Made by a program: the position numbers and the translations under genes. Source: Candidatus Omnitrophota bacterium (GTDB lineage Bacteria > Omnitrophota > Gorgyraeia > Zapsychrales > Fredricksoniimonadaceae). Taken from it: a stretch of DNA of 64,000 nt. Location: NCBI GenBank assembly GCA_963828495.1, contig CAWHFJ010000009.1, positions 298,338 through 362,337 of the forward strand, read 5' to 3'. Positions 46,109 through 58,309 of the stretch are shown piece by piece (the stretch's first letter is position 1; each line of letters starts with the position of its first letter). Under the pieces are notes generated by a model, which saw nothing but the letters and a program-made list of their open reading frames with translations, did not search any database and was not told the origin of the DNA.

Positions 46109-46246
46109 TTAGGGGATAAGCTTACGGCGGCCTTTGGCGCGACGGCGGCTCAATACCTTCTGCCCGTCGGAACTCTTCATGCGCTTACGGAATCCGTGTC
46201 TTTTTGTCCCAACAATATTGGTTGGTGTTTTTAAATGCTTCTTCAT
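46109..46246 (-). CDS. rpmH: 50S ribosomal protein L34
   Basis: 45-aa ORF below the ORF-track cutoff: MKKHLKTPTNIVGTKRHGFRKRMKSSDGQKVLSRRRAKGRRKLIP. The stop lies 18 nt from the yidD start. Confidence 0.88.
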   Translation of the reverse strand: MKKHLKTPTNIVGTKRHGFRKRMKSSDGQKVLSRRRAKGRRKLIP

Positions 46247-46327
46247 TAGATTTTACTTTCCCAATTTATCCTAGAGAGGTGCCGTTTCCTTAATGTGTCT
46301 TAGAACGACGGCCTTCATAGAGGGGCA

Positions 46328-46355
46328 ATTATAACACGGCCTCAAGTGAAGTCAA
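46328..46355 (-). promoter_or_regulatory. Candidate sigma-70 promoter for the rpmH operon
   Basis: TTGACT (46355..46350), a 16-nt spacer, then TATAAT (46333..46328). Confidence 0.4.
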
Positions 46356-46539
46356 GTTCTTTGAAGATAACTGCGGCGGGTGGCTAGGACTTGCTGTTTG
46401 GGGGCGGACGGTGACTGCCCAATGGGGCGATTTAGGGCAGCCACGGTTCTGGACGCTGATAGGGGATGCCCTCGAATCAGGAGCACCCAAATAGCAAGGC
46501 TGAGCCAGGCCCCGCGTGAAAAGGCGTTAGAAAAAACCG

Positions 46540-46567
46540 TTGCAATCAAGCGAAGCTTTGTTATAAT
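46540..46567 (+). promoter_or_regulatory. Candidate sigma-70 promoter for dnaA
   Basis: TTGCAA (46540..46545), a 16-nt spacer, then TATAAT (46562..46567). A 7/9 DnaA-box-like GAATCCACA follows at 46585..46593. Confidence 0.45.
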
Positions 46568-46607
46568 GACCCACTAGCTTGGGTGAATCCACAGCTGTTA
46601 ATAACTT

Positions 46608-47954
46608 GTGATCTCGTCAACAATGACCTTATTAGACGTCTGGCAAAAAGCCCAAAACCCCATCAAAAGCACTATTGGAGAGACCTCCTACGATACCTGG
46701 TTTTCCCACCTGCACATTTGTGAAAACAACCCCGGGGTTTTAACCATCCAAGCCCCCGATGAGTATTTTAAAAATTGGATCGATGAGCGCTACCGTACCA
46801 TTATCGAACGGTGTCTGCGCACCGAAGCAGGGCAGGGGATTAATGTTGAATTTGCCGTCGACTCTCAATTGATCAACGTTAACACCCAGCAAAAGCTCAC
46901 CTCCATTGAAAAAAGTTTGGCACCCACCCAGAAGCTGGCAGATTTAAACCCCCGTTTCCTTTTTGAAAATTTCGTGGTAGGGACGTCCAACCGTTTTGCG
47001 TTTGCCGCGGCCCAGGCGGTGGCTGAAAATCCGGCCAAAGCGTATAACCCGTTTTTTATTTACGGCCCGGTGGGGTTAGGTAAAACCCACCTGCTGCAAG
47101 CGATTGCCCATGAGACTAAAAGAAAAAACCCCGCTCTGAACATTTGTTACCTTTCGTCGGAACAATTCACCAATGAATTGATCAATTCGATCAGGCACCG
47201 TTCGGCGGAGGGCTTCCGTCAAAAATACAGGCACCTCGACATCCTCCTCATTGATGATATCCATTTTATCGCCGGAAAAGAATCGACCCAGGAAGAATTT
47301 TTCCATACCTTCAACACTTTGCATGATCATCGCAAACAAATTATCATATGCTCTGACCGTCCGCCTAAAGAAATCGCCAATTTGGAAGAGCGCTTGGTGT
47401 CCCGTTTTGCCTGGGGATTGATCACGGATATCCAGCCGCCGGACTATGAAACAAGGGTCGCCATTTTACGCAAAAAACTGGAATTAGAATCCGTGGTTGT
47501 GCCTGATGATGTCGTCTCCTTTATTGCCCAGGAAATTAAAACCAATATCCGGGAGCTGGAGGGAGCTCTCATCCGGGTGGTGGCTTACTCTCTCCTGGAA
47601 GATAAAACCATTAATTTATCCGTGGCCAAGCAGGTCCTGAAAGACATGGTCAAGGAAACCATAAAAACGATTAGTGTTGATATGGTGCAAAAAGAAGTCG
47701 CTGTTTACTTTAATATCACCATGGCGGACCTCAAAACCAAAAAACGCCATAAAAATGTGGTTTTGCCGAGGCAAATCGCTATGTATCTGACCCGTAAATT
47801 AACCACTCATTCCTTGCCGGAAATTGGAGCGGCTTTTGGCGGTAAAGATCATACGACTGTTTTGCACGCCTATAAAAAGATAGAAAAAGATTTTATGACG
47901 AATGTCGAAGTGAAGAAAAATATTGACAACTTAAACGCCATTCTTTTAGCATAA
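46608..47954 (+). CDS. dnaA: Chromosomal replication initiator protein DnaA
   Basis: AAA+ core (IYGPVGLGKTHLLQAI, LLIDDIHF) and a domain IV HTH (LPEIGAAFGGKDHTTVLHA). GTG start at 46608, with an alternative ATG at 46623. Confidence 0.93.
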   Translation: MISSTMTLLDVWQKAQNPIKSTIGETSYDTWFSHLHICENNPGVLTIQAPDEYFKNWIDERYRTIIERCLRTEAGQGINVEFAVDSQLINVNTQQKLTSIEKSLAPTQKLADLNPRFLFENFVVGTSNRFAFAAAQAVAENPAKAYNPFFIYGPVGLGKTHLLQAIAHETKRKNPALNICYLSSEQFTNELINSIRHRSAEGFRQKYRHLDILLIDDIHFIAGKESTQEEFFHTFNTLHDHRKQIIICSDRPPKEIANLEERLVSRFAWGLITDIQPPDYETRVAILRKKLELESVVVPDDVVSFIAQEIKTNIRELEGALIRVVAYSLLEDKTINLSVAKQVLKDMVKETIKTISVDMVQKEVAVYFNITMADLKTKKRHKNVVLPRQIAMYLTRKLTTHSLPEIGAAFGGKDHTTVLHAYKKIEKDFMTNVEVKKNIDNLNAILLA

Positions 47955-47961
47955 GTATGAA

Positions 47962-48062
47962 TGTGGATAAAAAAAGACCTTATGCAAGTATTATCCACAG
48001 GTGTTAATAGTGATAACATATTGAAAACATTAAAGATAAGTTTCTAATTCAACTTATCCACA
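47962..48062. promoter_or_regulatory. oriC core: three perfect DnaA boxes in an AT-rich dnaA-dnaN spacer
   Basis: TGTGGATAA at 47962..47970, TTATCCACA at 47991..47999 and TTATCCACA at 48054..48062, with AT-rich sequence between boxes 2 and 3. Confidence 0.7.
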
Positions 48063-48132
48063 ACAACTAATACAATTACTGCTATCTCGAAGATCATTAA
48101 CCATTCAGTAATATAAGCAGAGGGCTGTGTAT

Positions 48133-49221
48133 ATGAAAATCAAGACGAATAAAGAAGAATTGCAGGCCGCTATTGCCACAGTAAGTAATATTGTTTCTCC
48201 CAAAGCCACATTACCTATATTATCTAATATGCTTTTAGAAACTAAAGAGAATTTATTAAAACTCAACACAACAGATTTGGATATTGGTATATCTTGTGAA
48301 TTACCTGTGCATGTCTATGAACAAGGCGCCATAACTATACCAGCCAAGCGTTTTAGTGATATTGTGCGTGAATTACCCAGTGGGGACGTGATGATTATGG
48401 CGCGTAAAAATAACCAAATAGATATTGAAGGGTTAAATTGCCGTTTTAAACTTAATGGTTTACCTAAAGAAGAATTTCCCAAATTTCCTGAATTTAAAGA
48501 TAAAGATGTTGTTTTAATTAAACAAGCTGATTTAAAAGAAATGATTAAGCTGACTAGTTTCGCTGTTTCGTATGAAGAGTCGAGGTATGTTTTAAACGGT
48601 ATTTTATTGGAAGTGGCAGCGGATACTATACGTATGGTGGCGACAGATGGCAGACGGTTAGCTAAGATTGAAAAAAAGTTAGTGCAACCGGCCTCTAAAG
48701 ATTTTCATACTATTATTCCTATTAAAGCGATTAACGAGATCAGCCGTAACCTTAAAGAAGAAGGTTCGGTGAGTCTGCTACAGGGGGTTAATCAAATCTT
48801 GTTTAATATTGACGGTATTTTGATTGCCACGCGCGTCATTGAAGGGGAGTTCCCTAATTATAAGCAGGTGATCCCTAAAGAAATCCCCAATAAAGTCCGG
48901 ATAAAGACCGCCGACCATCTGGCGGCCATACGCAGGGCCAATTTATTATCCACTCCGGATTTTCAGGCGGTTAAGTTTGAGTTGTTTAAGGATAAATTAG
49001 TCATTTCTAAATCAACTCCTGATGTCGGCGAACACAGAGAAGAGATCGATATTCAATACGGGCACCAGGAATTAATGGCCGGGTTTAATCCGCAATTTTT
49101 TATCGATGTTTTAAAAAATGTTCCGTATGAGGAGATTGAACTGGAATTTTTGGGCCCGGATAAGCCGTGTGTTTTGCGGATGCCGGATTATTTATATCTG
49201 GCTCTCCCCATGAGGTTGTGA
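48133..49221 (+). CDS. dnaN: DNA polymerase III beta sliding clamp
   Basis: Typical three-domain clamp sequence (LPILSNMLLE, ATDGRRLA, FNPQFFIDVLK). AGAGGG lies upstream of the ATG at 48133; ORF-track start is 48127. Confidence 0.92.
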   Translation: MKIKTNKEELQAAIATVSNIVSPKATLPILSNMLLETKENLLKLNTTDLDIGISCELPVHVYEQGAITIPAKRFSDIVRELPSGDVMIMARKNNQIDIEGLNCRFKLNGLPKEEFPKFPEFKDKDVVLIKQADLKEMIKLTSFAVSYEESRYVLNGILLEVAADTIRMVATDGRRLAKIEKKLVQPASKDFHTIIPIKAINEISRNLKEEGSVSLLQGVNQILFNIDGILIATRVIEGEFPNYKQVIPKEIPNKVRIKTADHLAAIRRANLLSTPDFQAVKFELFKDKLVISKSTPDVGEHREEIDIQYGHQELMAGFNPQFFIDVLKNVPYEEIELEFLGPDKPCVLRMPDYLYLALPMRL

Positions 49222-49222
49222 T

Positions 49223-49250
49223 AATTGTCATTCCCGCGAAAGCGGGAATC
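49223..49250. repeat. REP-like hairpin element, copy 1 (AATTGTCATTCCCGCGAAAGCGGGAATC)
   Basis: 28-nt perfect match to 52029..52056. It contains a 7-bp stem TTCCCGC/GCGGGAA with a GAAA loop, and is intergenic between dnaN and dciA. Confidence 0.8.
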
Positions 49251-49255
49251 TAACA

Positions 49256-49531
49256 ATGGATACTATTAAAAATATCGTTGCAGAAGTTATAGGACGGATG
49301 TCTTCACAACAGGGTGCGTCATTCCAGAATATCCAGCAGGCATGGATGAGGATTTCCGGCGACAAGGCAAGTCGGGTAGCGGATTTTAAAGACGGCTGTG
49401 TCACCGTTTACGCGGACACGTCCATGCGCATGGTGAGGCTTAATTTAAACAGACAAAGCCTTCTGCAACAGTTAAATCAAGAATTTCCGTCGATCAAAAA
49501 AATTTGTTTTAAGGTGGGCCATATTGAATAG
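49256..49531 (+). CDS. DUF721/DciA-like small protein
   Basis: 91 aa in the dnaN-gyrB slot where DUF721 (DciA-type) genes usually sit. The sequence (WMRISGDKASRVADFKDGCVTVYADTSMRMVRLNL) fits that family by my recognition only. Confidence 0.6.
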   Translation: MDTIKNIVAEVIGRMSSQQGASFQNIQQAWMRISGDKASRVADFKDGCVTVYADTSMRMVRLNLNRQSLLQQLNQEFPSIKKICFKVGHIE

Positions 49532-52021
<2,490 letters not shown>

Positions 52022-52028
52022 CGTTAAG

Positions 52029-52056
52029 AATTGTCATTCCCGCGAAAGCGGGAATC
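52029..52056. repeat. REP-like hairpin element, copy 2
   Basis: Identical 28-mer to 49223..49250, lying intergenic between gyrB and gyrA. Confidence 0.8.
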
Positions 52057-52080
52057 CATAATTCACAGAAAGGCAGACCC

Positions 52081-54538
52081 ATGTCACGCGATTTGAACAA
52101 AAAAGAAAAGATCATCCCGGTTTATATTGAAGAGGAGATGAAGAACTCCTATCTTTCCTATTCGATGTCTGTGATCGTCGGGCGCGCGTTGCCCGACGTG
52201 CGCGACGGGCTCAAGCCCGTGCATCGGCGCATCCTTTATGCCATGAGGGAGCTCAATCTCGAGCACAACAAGCCCTATAAAAAGTCTGCCCGTATCGTCG
52301 GTGAGGTGCTGGGCAAATACCATCCCCACGGGGACTCCGCGGTGTATGACACGATGGTGCGCATGGTGCAGGATTTTTCTCTGCGGTATCCCTTGATCGA
52401 CGGTCAGGGCAATTTCGGCTCCATCGACGGGGACGCGGCGGCCGCCATGCGGTATACAGAGGCGCGCATGGCCTCGGTGGCTGAAGTGATGCTGGATGAC
52501 ATCGAAAAACAGACGGTGGATTTTAGCCCCAATTTCGACGGGTCGCTAGAAGAGCCCGACATCCTTCCGGGCATGGTGCCCAATCTTTTGGTCAATGGGT
52601 CCTCCGGTATTGCCGTGGGTATGGCGACAAATATGGCCCCGCATAATTTAGGGGAAGTGGTTGACGGCATTGTGCATCTTTTGGACAATCCCGAGGCCGT
52701 GGTCAAGGATTTGATGAAATTTGTCAAAGGCCCGGATTTCCCGACCGCGGGCATTATCTGCGGCAGGGAAGGGTTTATCGACGCCTACAATACCGGCCGC
52801 GGGAAGGTGCTGATCCGTGCCCGTGCCAGCATCGAGCAGCAAAAGGGCAATAAAGAAGCGATCATCATCACGGAGCTTCCTTATCAAGTCAACAAGGCCA
52901 ATCTTATTTTGAGCATGGCTGATTTGGTGCAGAACAAACAAATCGACGGGATCACCGATATCCGCGATGAAAGCGACAAAGACGGGATCCGGGTGGTCAT
53001 AGAACTTCGTCGCGACGTGGATGCCAATATTGTGCTCAATTATCTTTATAAGCACACCCAGATGGAAGTCACTTTCGGGATCATCAATTTGGCGCTGGTC
53101 AATAAATCGCCGAAAGTGCTTGAATTTAAAACAGCTGATGAACCATTATATTGCCCATCGTCGCGTGGTGATTCGCCGGCGCACGCAATTTGATTTGGAC
53201 AAAGCGGTTCGCCGGGCACATATTTTAGAAGGGTTTAAGATCGCGTTTAAGTATTTAGACGAGATCATAAAAACCATCCGCGCCTCCAAGACGACAGCAG
53301 GATGCCAAAGAAGCCTTGATCAAAAAATTCGACCTTTCCGAGGCCCAAGCCCAGGCCATTCTGGAGATGCAATTACAGCGCCTGGCGGCCCTGGAGCGCG
53401 ATAAAATCGAGGAGGAATATCAGCAGCTGTTAAAAGACATTGATAATTACCGCGGGATTTTGGCTTCTGAAAAGAGGGTGGATGCGATCATTAAAGAAGA
53501 ACTGGCCGAATTGAAAAAGAAGTACGCGGATGAGCGCCGTACCGAAATCGCCGGGCGTGCGGAAGATATCGAGATCGAGGACATGATCGCCGATGAGGAC
53601 ATGGCCATCACCATCAGCAATAAAGGGTATGTCAAGCGTCTGTCCATAGACGGCTACCGTTCGCAGAAACGCGGGGGCAAAGGGGTCACCGCCATGACCA
53701 CGTCCGATGAAGATTTTGTGGAGCGCATGTTTGTGGCCTCTTCCAAAGATTTTTTATTGATTTTTTCCAATGCAGGCACGGTGCGCTGGCTTAAGGTCTA
53801 TGAGATCCCGGTGGCCTCCCGTACGGCCCGGGGCAAGGCCATCGTGAACTTGGTGTCGTTTAAGCCCGAGGAGAAAATCAGCGCCATCGTGGCGGTCAAG
53901 GAATTCAGGGAAGACCAGTTCTTGGTATTTGCCACCAAAATAGGGCTGGTTAAAAAGACCAAGGTTTCGGCGTATAATAACCCGCGCAAAGGCGGCATTG
54001 TCGGCATCGGCGTGGAAAAAGGAGACGAGCTGATCGGCGTCGCTTTAAGCAACGGCAAGGAAGACGTTCTGTTGGCGACACGCCAGGGAATATCTTTGCG
54101 GTTTCCCGAGAAACAGTTGCGCGACATGGGACGTTCCGCCAAGGGGGTGCGGGGCATCAATTTGGAAAAAGGGGATTTTGTCGTCGGCATGCTGGTGTTT
54201 GCTCCGGATGTGGACAAGACCGGCGCCAAGCTTTTGTCCGTATGTGAATTGGGCTACGCGAAACGTTCAGACTTTGCTGAATACCGCACCCAATCCGCGG
54301 GGGCAAAGGGATCATTAATGTAAAGATCACCGAGAAAAACGGAGCGGTGGTGGGGATCATGGCGGTTTCTGACGGGGATGAGATCATGGCGGTGACCAAA
54401 CAGGGCATGGTGGTGCGTTCCTCTCCCTCTGAGATTCGGGAAACCGGCCGCAGCGCCGTGGGGGTGCGTTTGATTGCGCTGGAGAAAGCCGACAAGTTGT
54501 CGTCCATTGCTCATTTGGTCAGCCACGAAGAGGAATAG
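52081..54538 (+). CDS. gyrA: DNA gyrase subunit A, three frame changes as assembled
   Basis: Pieces 52081..53193, 53021..53404, 53316..54323 and 54347..54538 read as one continuous GyrA ([19 protein letters not shown] ... beta-pinwheel repeats). The frame changes near 53121, 53295 and 54295-54303 (a C/G run). Confidence 0.92.
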
Positions 54539-54559
54539 GAGAGTAAGGGGTTTATCTGC

Positions 54560-54588
54560 TTGACGAAAAAGAACGCCGGCAATATAAT
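54560..54588 (+). promoter_or_regulatory. Candidate sigma-70 promoter for tRNA-Glu
   Basis: TTGACG (54560..54565), a 17-nt spacer, then TATAAT (54583..54588), 25 nt before the tRNA 5' end. Confidence 0.5.
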
Positions 54589-54613
54589 ACCGATTCCAAG
54601 TCATTGTATTTTT

Positions 54614-54687
54614 GACCCCATCGTCTAGCCTGGTCAGGACACAAGCTTTTCAAGCTTGCAGCACGGGTTCAAATCCCGTTGGGGTCG
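54614..54687 (+). tRNA. tRNA-Glu (anticodon UUC)
   Basis: Acceptor GACCCCA/TGGGGTC, anticodon arm CAAGC-TTTTCAA-GCTTG, T arm ACGGG-TTCAAAT-CCCGT. No encoded CCA. Confidence 0.92.
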
Positions 54688-54709
54688 CTTTCAACTATCG
54701 AGGAGGACA

Positions 54710-55371
54710 ATGATGTTAACTATCTACGGTTCTGATTTATCCGCACCTGCCATCAAGGTCCGTTTGACCGCGAGCTTATTAGGCTTGCCTTACAAGTGGC
54801 AGATAGTCAACCTGCGCGAAGGCGAGCAAAAACAGGAATGGTTTTTGAAAATCAATCCGGTGGGCAAGGTGCCGGCCATGGACGATGACGGGTTTTATTT
54901 ATTTGAAAGCAACGCCATTTGTAAATACCTCTGTGACAAACAGGGCTCTTCTTTATACCCCAAGGACGCCAAAAAGCGTGCCACCGTTGATCAATGGATC
55001 GATTATGCTTCTTTTCATATGGGCGCTAATTTTATGCCGGTTGTGTATAATCGGGTTTTTGCCCCGCGCAGGGGGCAGGCCGGTCAATGAAAAAGCTATT
55101 GCCGACGCTCTTGAATTCCTCAAGCAGTACTTTCCTGTCATTGAAAACCAATTGACACAACACAAACACGTCGTGTCAGGCGGAGATATCATTAGCGGAC
55201 ATTATTTTATTGGCACTGCTCGAGCCGGCGGAAATGGCCCACATAGATTTAAGCGCGTATCCCCAATTAAACGCGTGGCGTACAGGGCTTAAAAAACAAA
55301 ATTTTTATACGAGTTGCTATAAAGAATATGGCGAAATGCTGAAAGCCCAGCCGCTGAAAGAAGACTATTAG
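54710..55371 (+). CDS. Glutathione S-transferase-family protein, two frame changes as assembled
   Basis: AGGAGG then ATG at 54710. The N-terminal thioredoxin-like domain has KINPVGKVPAMDDDGFYLFESNAICKYL. The frame changes near 55065 (G run) and 55190, and the C-terminus reads ..AYPQLNAWRTGLKKQ..KEDY. Confidence 0.75.
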
Positions 55372-56164
55372 ATGAAAGTCGCTCTTTTACAACTTTGTGC
55401 CGGGAAGATAAAAAGCCAATGTTCAACAGGCCGTCGCCATGTCCCAAGAGGCGCTATCGCAAGGGGCCGCATTTATGCTTTTGCCGGAAGTTTTTAATTT
55501 TCGTGGGACCGTAGGAATAAAAATTATTTGCAAAGGCGCGGAAAAAATACCGGGCCCATCAACACGACGCTTTTATTCCGCTGGCTAAAAAATACAAAGC
55601 CTCTTTCTTGTTGGGATCTATTTTAGAGAAAGCCACGTGCGATCACGCCTATAGCACCTCGGTGTTTATTGATCCTCAGGGGCAATCACCGCTCAATATC
55701 GTAAAATGCATTTATTTGATGCCCGTCTCGGGGAAGGATAGTCATTAAGGAAGCGGATCATTTGCTGGCTGGCCGCCGGCTCATGACGGCGAAGGCGGGA
55801 GAATTCAGGGTCGGGCTTTCTATTTGTTATGATTTGCGTTTTCCCGGCCTGTATCAAAATTATGGCCGCAGGGGGGTTGAAATTTTGACGGTACCGTCAT
55901 GTTTTACCAAGAAAGACCGGAGAGGCGCATTGGGAAGTCTTGCTGCGCGCCCGGGCTATTGAAAATTTGTGTTATGTTTTGGCCCCCAATCAGGTGGGCA
56001 GGACGGCCAGGGCATGCAAGCCTATGGGCACAGCATGATCATCTCCCCGTGGGGTGAGGTGATAGCGCAGGGCAGCGCCCAGGCCCAAGAAATTATTTTT
56101 GGCGAGATTGATCTTGAAGAAGTCAAGAAAGGCAAGGGCAATTTTACCGGGGATTGTGCCTTAA
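55372..56164 (+). pseudogene. Carbon-nitrogen hydrolase (nitrilase-superfamily) gene with about 7 frame changes
   Basis: Clean family-like segments sit in alternating frames: [122 protein letters not shown] and [14 protein letters not shown]. Breaks fall near 55412, 55565, 55685, 55738, 55915, 56000 and 56125. Confidence 0.7.
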
Positions 56165-56175
56165 GAGGAGAACAT

Positions 56176-57154
56176 ATGGCGAAACGGATAAAAGTGGCGG
56201 TGACCGGTGCGGCGGGCCAGATCGGATATGCGTTATTGTTTCGCATTGCCGCCGGGGAAATGTTCGGGAAAGACACGGAAATTGATTTAAGCCTATTGGA
56301 GCTGGAAAAAGCTTTGCCCGCCTTGCAAGGGGTGGTCATGGAGCTGGAGGATGGCGCCTTTCCTCTGTTGAGGGAGTTCGTGTCCATATCGGAGACCCGA
56401 ATCTTGCGTTTAAGGATATTGACTGGGCTTTATTGTTGGCAGCGTGCCGCGCCGTGAAGGCATGGAACGTGGCGACCTGCTTAAAGATCAACGGCGGGGT
56501 TTTTACTGTACAAGGCAGGGCCCTTTCAGAGCATGCCAAACCCGGCTGCAAAGTGCTCGTCGTCGGCAATCCCTGCAACACCAATGCGTTTATTGCCAAG
56601 AGTGTTTGTAAAAATATTCCCGCCAAGAATTTTTTTGCCATGACCATGCTTGATGAGAACCGCGCGCGGACTCAATTGGCGCAAAAAGCGCTGCGTAACG
56701 TGTCCCTGGTCAAAAATCTGGCCATTTGGGGAAACCATTCATCGACCCAATATCCGGATTTTTATCATGCGACTATCGACGGACATCCGGCCGTGGAAGT
56801 GATTAAAGACGAGGCATGGCTTAAGGGCCCATTTATTGAAACGGTGCAAAAAAGGGGAGCGCCATCATCAAGGCCCGCGGGCTTTCTTCCGCGGCCTCGG
56901 CGGCCAATGCGGTGATTCAGACGGTGCACAACATCACGACACCAACGCCTGCCGGTGAATTTTTTTCAGCCGCAGTTTCTTCAGATGGCAGTTATGGCGT
57001 TGAGCCGGGGATTATTTTTAGTTTTCCTTTACGTTCTAACGGCAAGGATTGTGAAATTGTACAAAATCTCAAGCATAATGAATTTGCCCAAAATAAAATT
57101 AAAGCCACCTTGGATGAGCTTTTAGCGGAAAAAGATGCGGTAAAGCATCTTTAA
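56176..57154 (+). CDS. mdh: Malate dehydrogenase (LDH-like MDH type 2), four frame changes as assembled
   Basis: GAGGAG then ATG at 56176. The sequence includes [44 protein letters not shown] and a C-terminus ending ..[10 protein letters not shown]. Breaks fall near 56383, 56428, 56482 and 56866. Confidence 0.85.
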
Positions 57155-57303
57155 ACAAGCTTACGGATTCGAAGGAACAGGAAATATTTAGTTTGACTTT
57201 TTATTGACCTTAACAAAAAATTAATATATGATTTTATTTATTGAAACATAATAAGTTAGAGAGAAATTATCTAGTAAAAAAGGGTAATTTTAGGGGCAGC
57301 AGC

Positions 57304-57332
57304 TTGCATTTTGAATAAATACCAGGTATACT
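57304..57332 (+). promoter_or_regulatory. Candidate sigma-70 promoter upstream of the PPIase/Tad-like gene block
   Basis: TTGCAT (57304..57309), a 17-nt spacer, then TATACT (57327..57332), in a ~210-bp AT-rich spacer. Confidence 0.4.
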
Positions 57333-57365
57333 TTACAAACATTGTCCAGTCAAGGAGATGATTTT

Positions 57366-58291
57366 ATGAGAAGGCCAGGAGGAATGGTGTGTGGGGTATT
57401 ATTTTTAACGTTGGGGGTTATCTCTTTGACCGGCTGTGACCTGCTGGGGATAGGGCCTAAAAAGCAAGATCATGCCAAACAGCACAGCCGCCGGCATCTG
57501 TAGAAGGGCCTTTGCCCAAGAATGTTTTAGCCCGTGTGGGTAACTGGACATTGACAACCGATGAGTTTAATGAACGGTTGAAACTTTTAAAGCAGGGCCT
57601 TCCGGATTTTAAAGACAATGACGCCAACACCAAAAAAATGGTTTTAGATGAACTTATTCGTCAGCAGCTTTTGGTCAAAGATGCCCAAGACTCGGGGATA
57701 GGCGAGAGCAAAGACATTAAAGATGCCGTGGAGGATTTTCGCAAAACCCTTCTTGTCCAGGAATTGGCCAATCGTCTGACAAAGGATGTCGCGGCCAATG
57801 AAACAGATGCCCGTCTATGGTACGATGAAAATAAAGATAAATTTGCCCAGCCGATCACCTGGAAGGTCCGCGAAATTGTGGTCCCCGATGAGGCGACGGC
57901 TAAAAACCTCTTGGCGCAAGTTTTGCAGGGTGGCGATTTTGCCCAGATCGCCCAGGCGCAATCCAAGGGGGCTACTGCAGCCATGGGAGGAGAATTAAAG
58001 CCATTCATGACCGGCAAAGCGCCTTTTGAGGCTATGCAAGCGGCGATTGCTAATCTAGGCGAAGGAGACCTTAGCACGGTATTCAAGGGGCCACAGGGGT
58101 ATTATATTGTCAAGGTAGATTCCAAAAAAGGCGGCACGGTCAAGCCTTTTGCCGATGTTAAAAATGATTTGATCAGCGGATTGACGATGCAAAAACAACA
58201 AGCGGTCATTTTGGAACATTTGAATAAATTAGCTGAAAAGAATAAAGTAGAAATTAATAAAGAGTTAGTCGATGAAACGACAAAACCATAA
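57366..58291 (+). CDS. Lipoprotein parvulin-type peptidyl-prolyl isomerase (PrsA/SurA-like), one frame change
   Basis: AAGGAG then ATG at 57366. Signal peptide with lipobox (VISLTGC). The frame changes near 57478 at an A run and joins ORF 57512..58291, which has a SurA_N-like region plus a PpiC domain (WKVREIVV..GGELKPF..GYYIVKV). Confidence 0.75.
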
Positions 58292-58309
58292 GGAATAGGG
58301 AGGCGGGAC

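Noticed and set aside
46356-46539. SRP RNA, RNase P RNA or tmRNA in the rpmH-dnaA spacer
   Set aside because: The block is too short for RNase P or tmRNA. I could not find the SRP helix-8 motif (GGAAGCAGCC-like), RNase P CR-I (GAGGAAAGUCC) or a tRNA-like 3' end.
52081-54538. gyrA as a genuine pseudogene
   Set aside because: Gyrase A is essential. All four fragments are collinear and well conserved with no stops within frames, and the breaks fall at short homopolymers. Assembly indels are far more likely.
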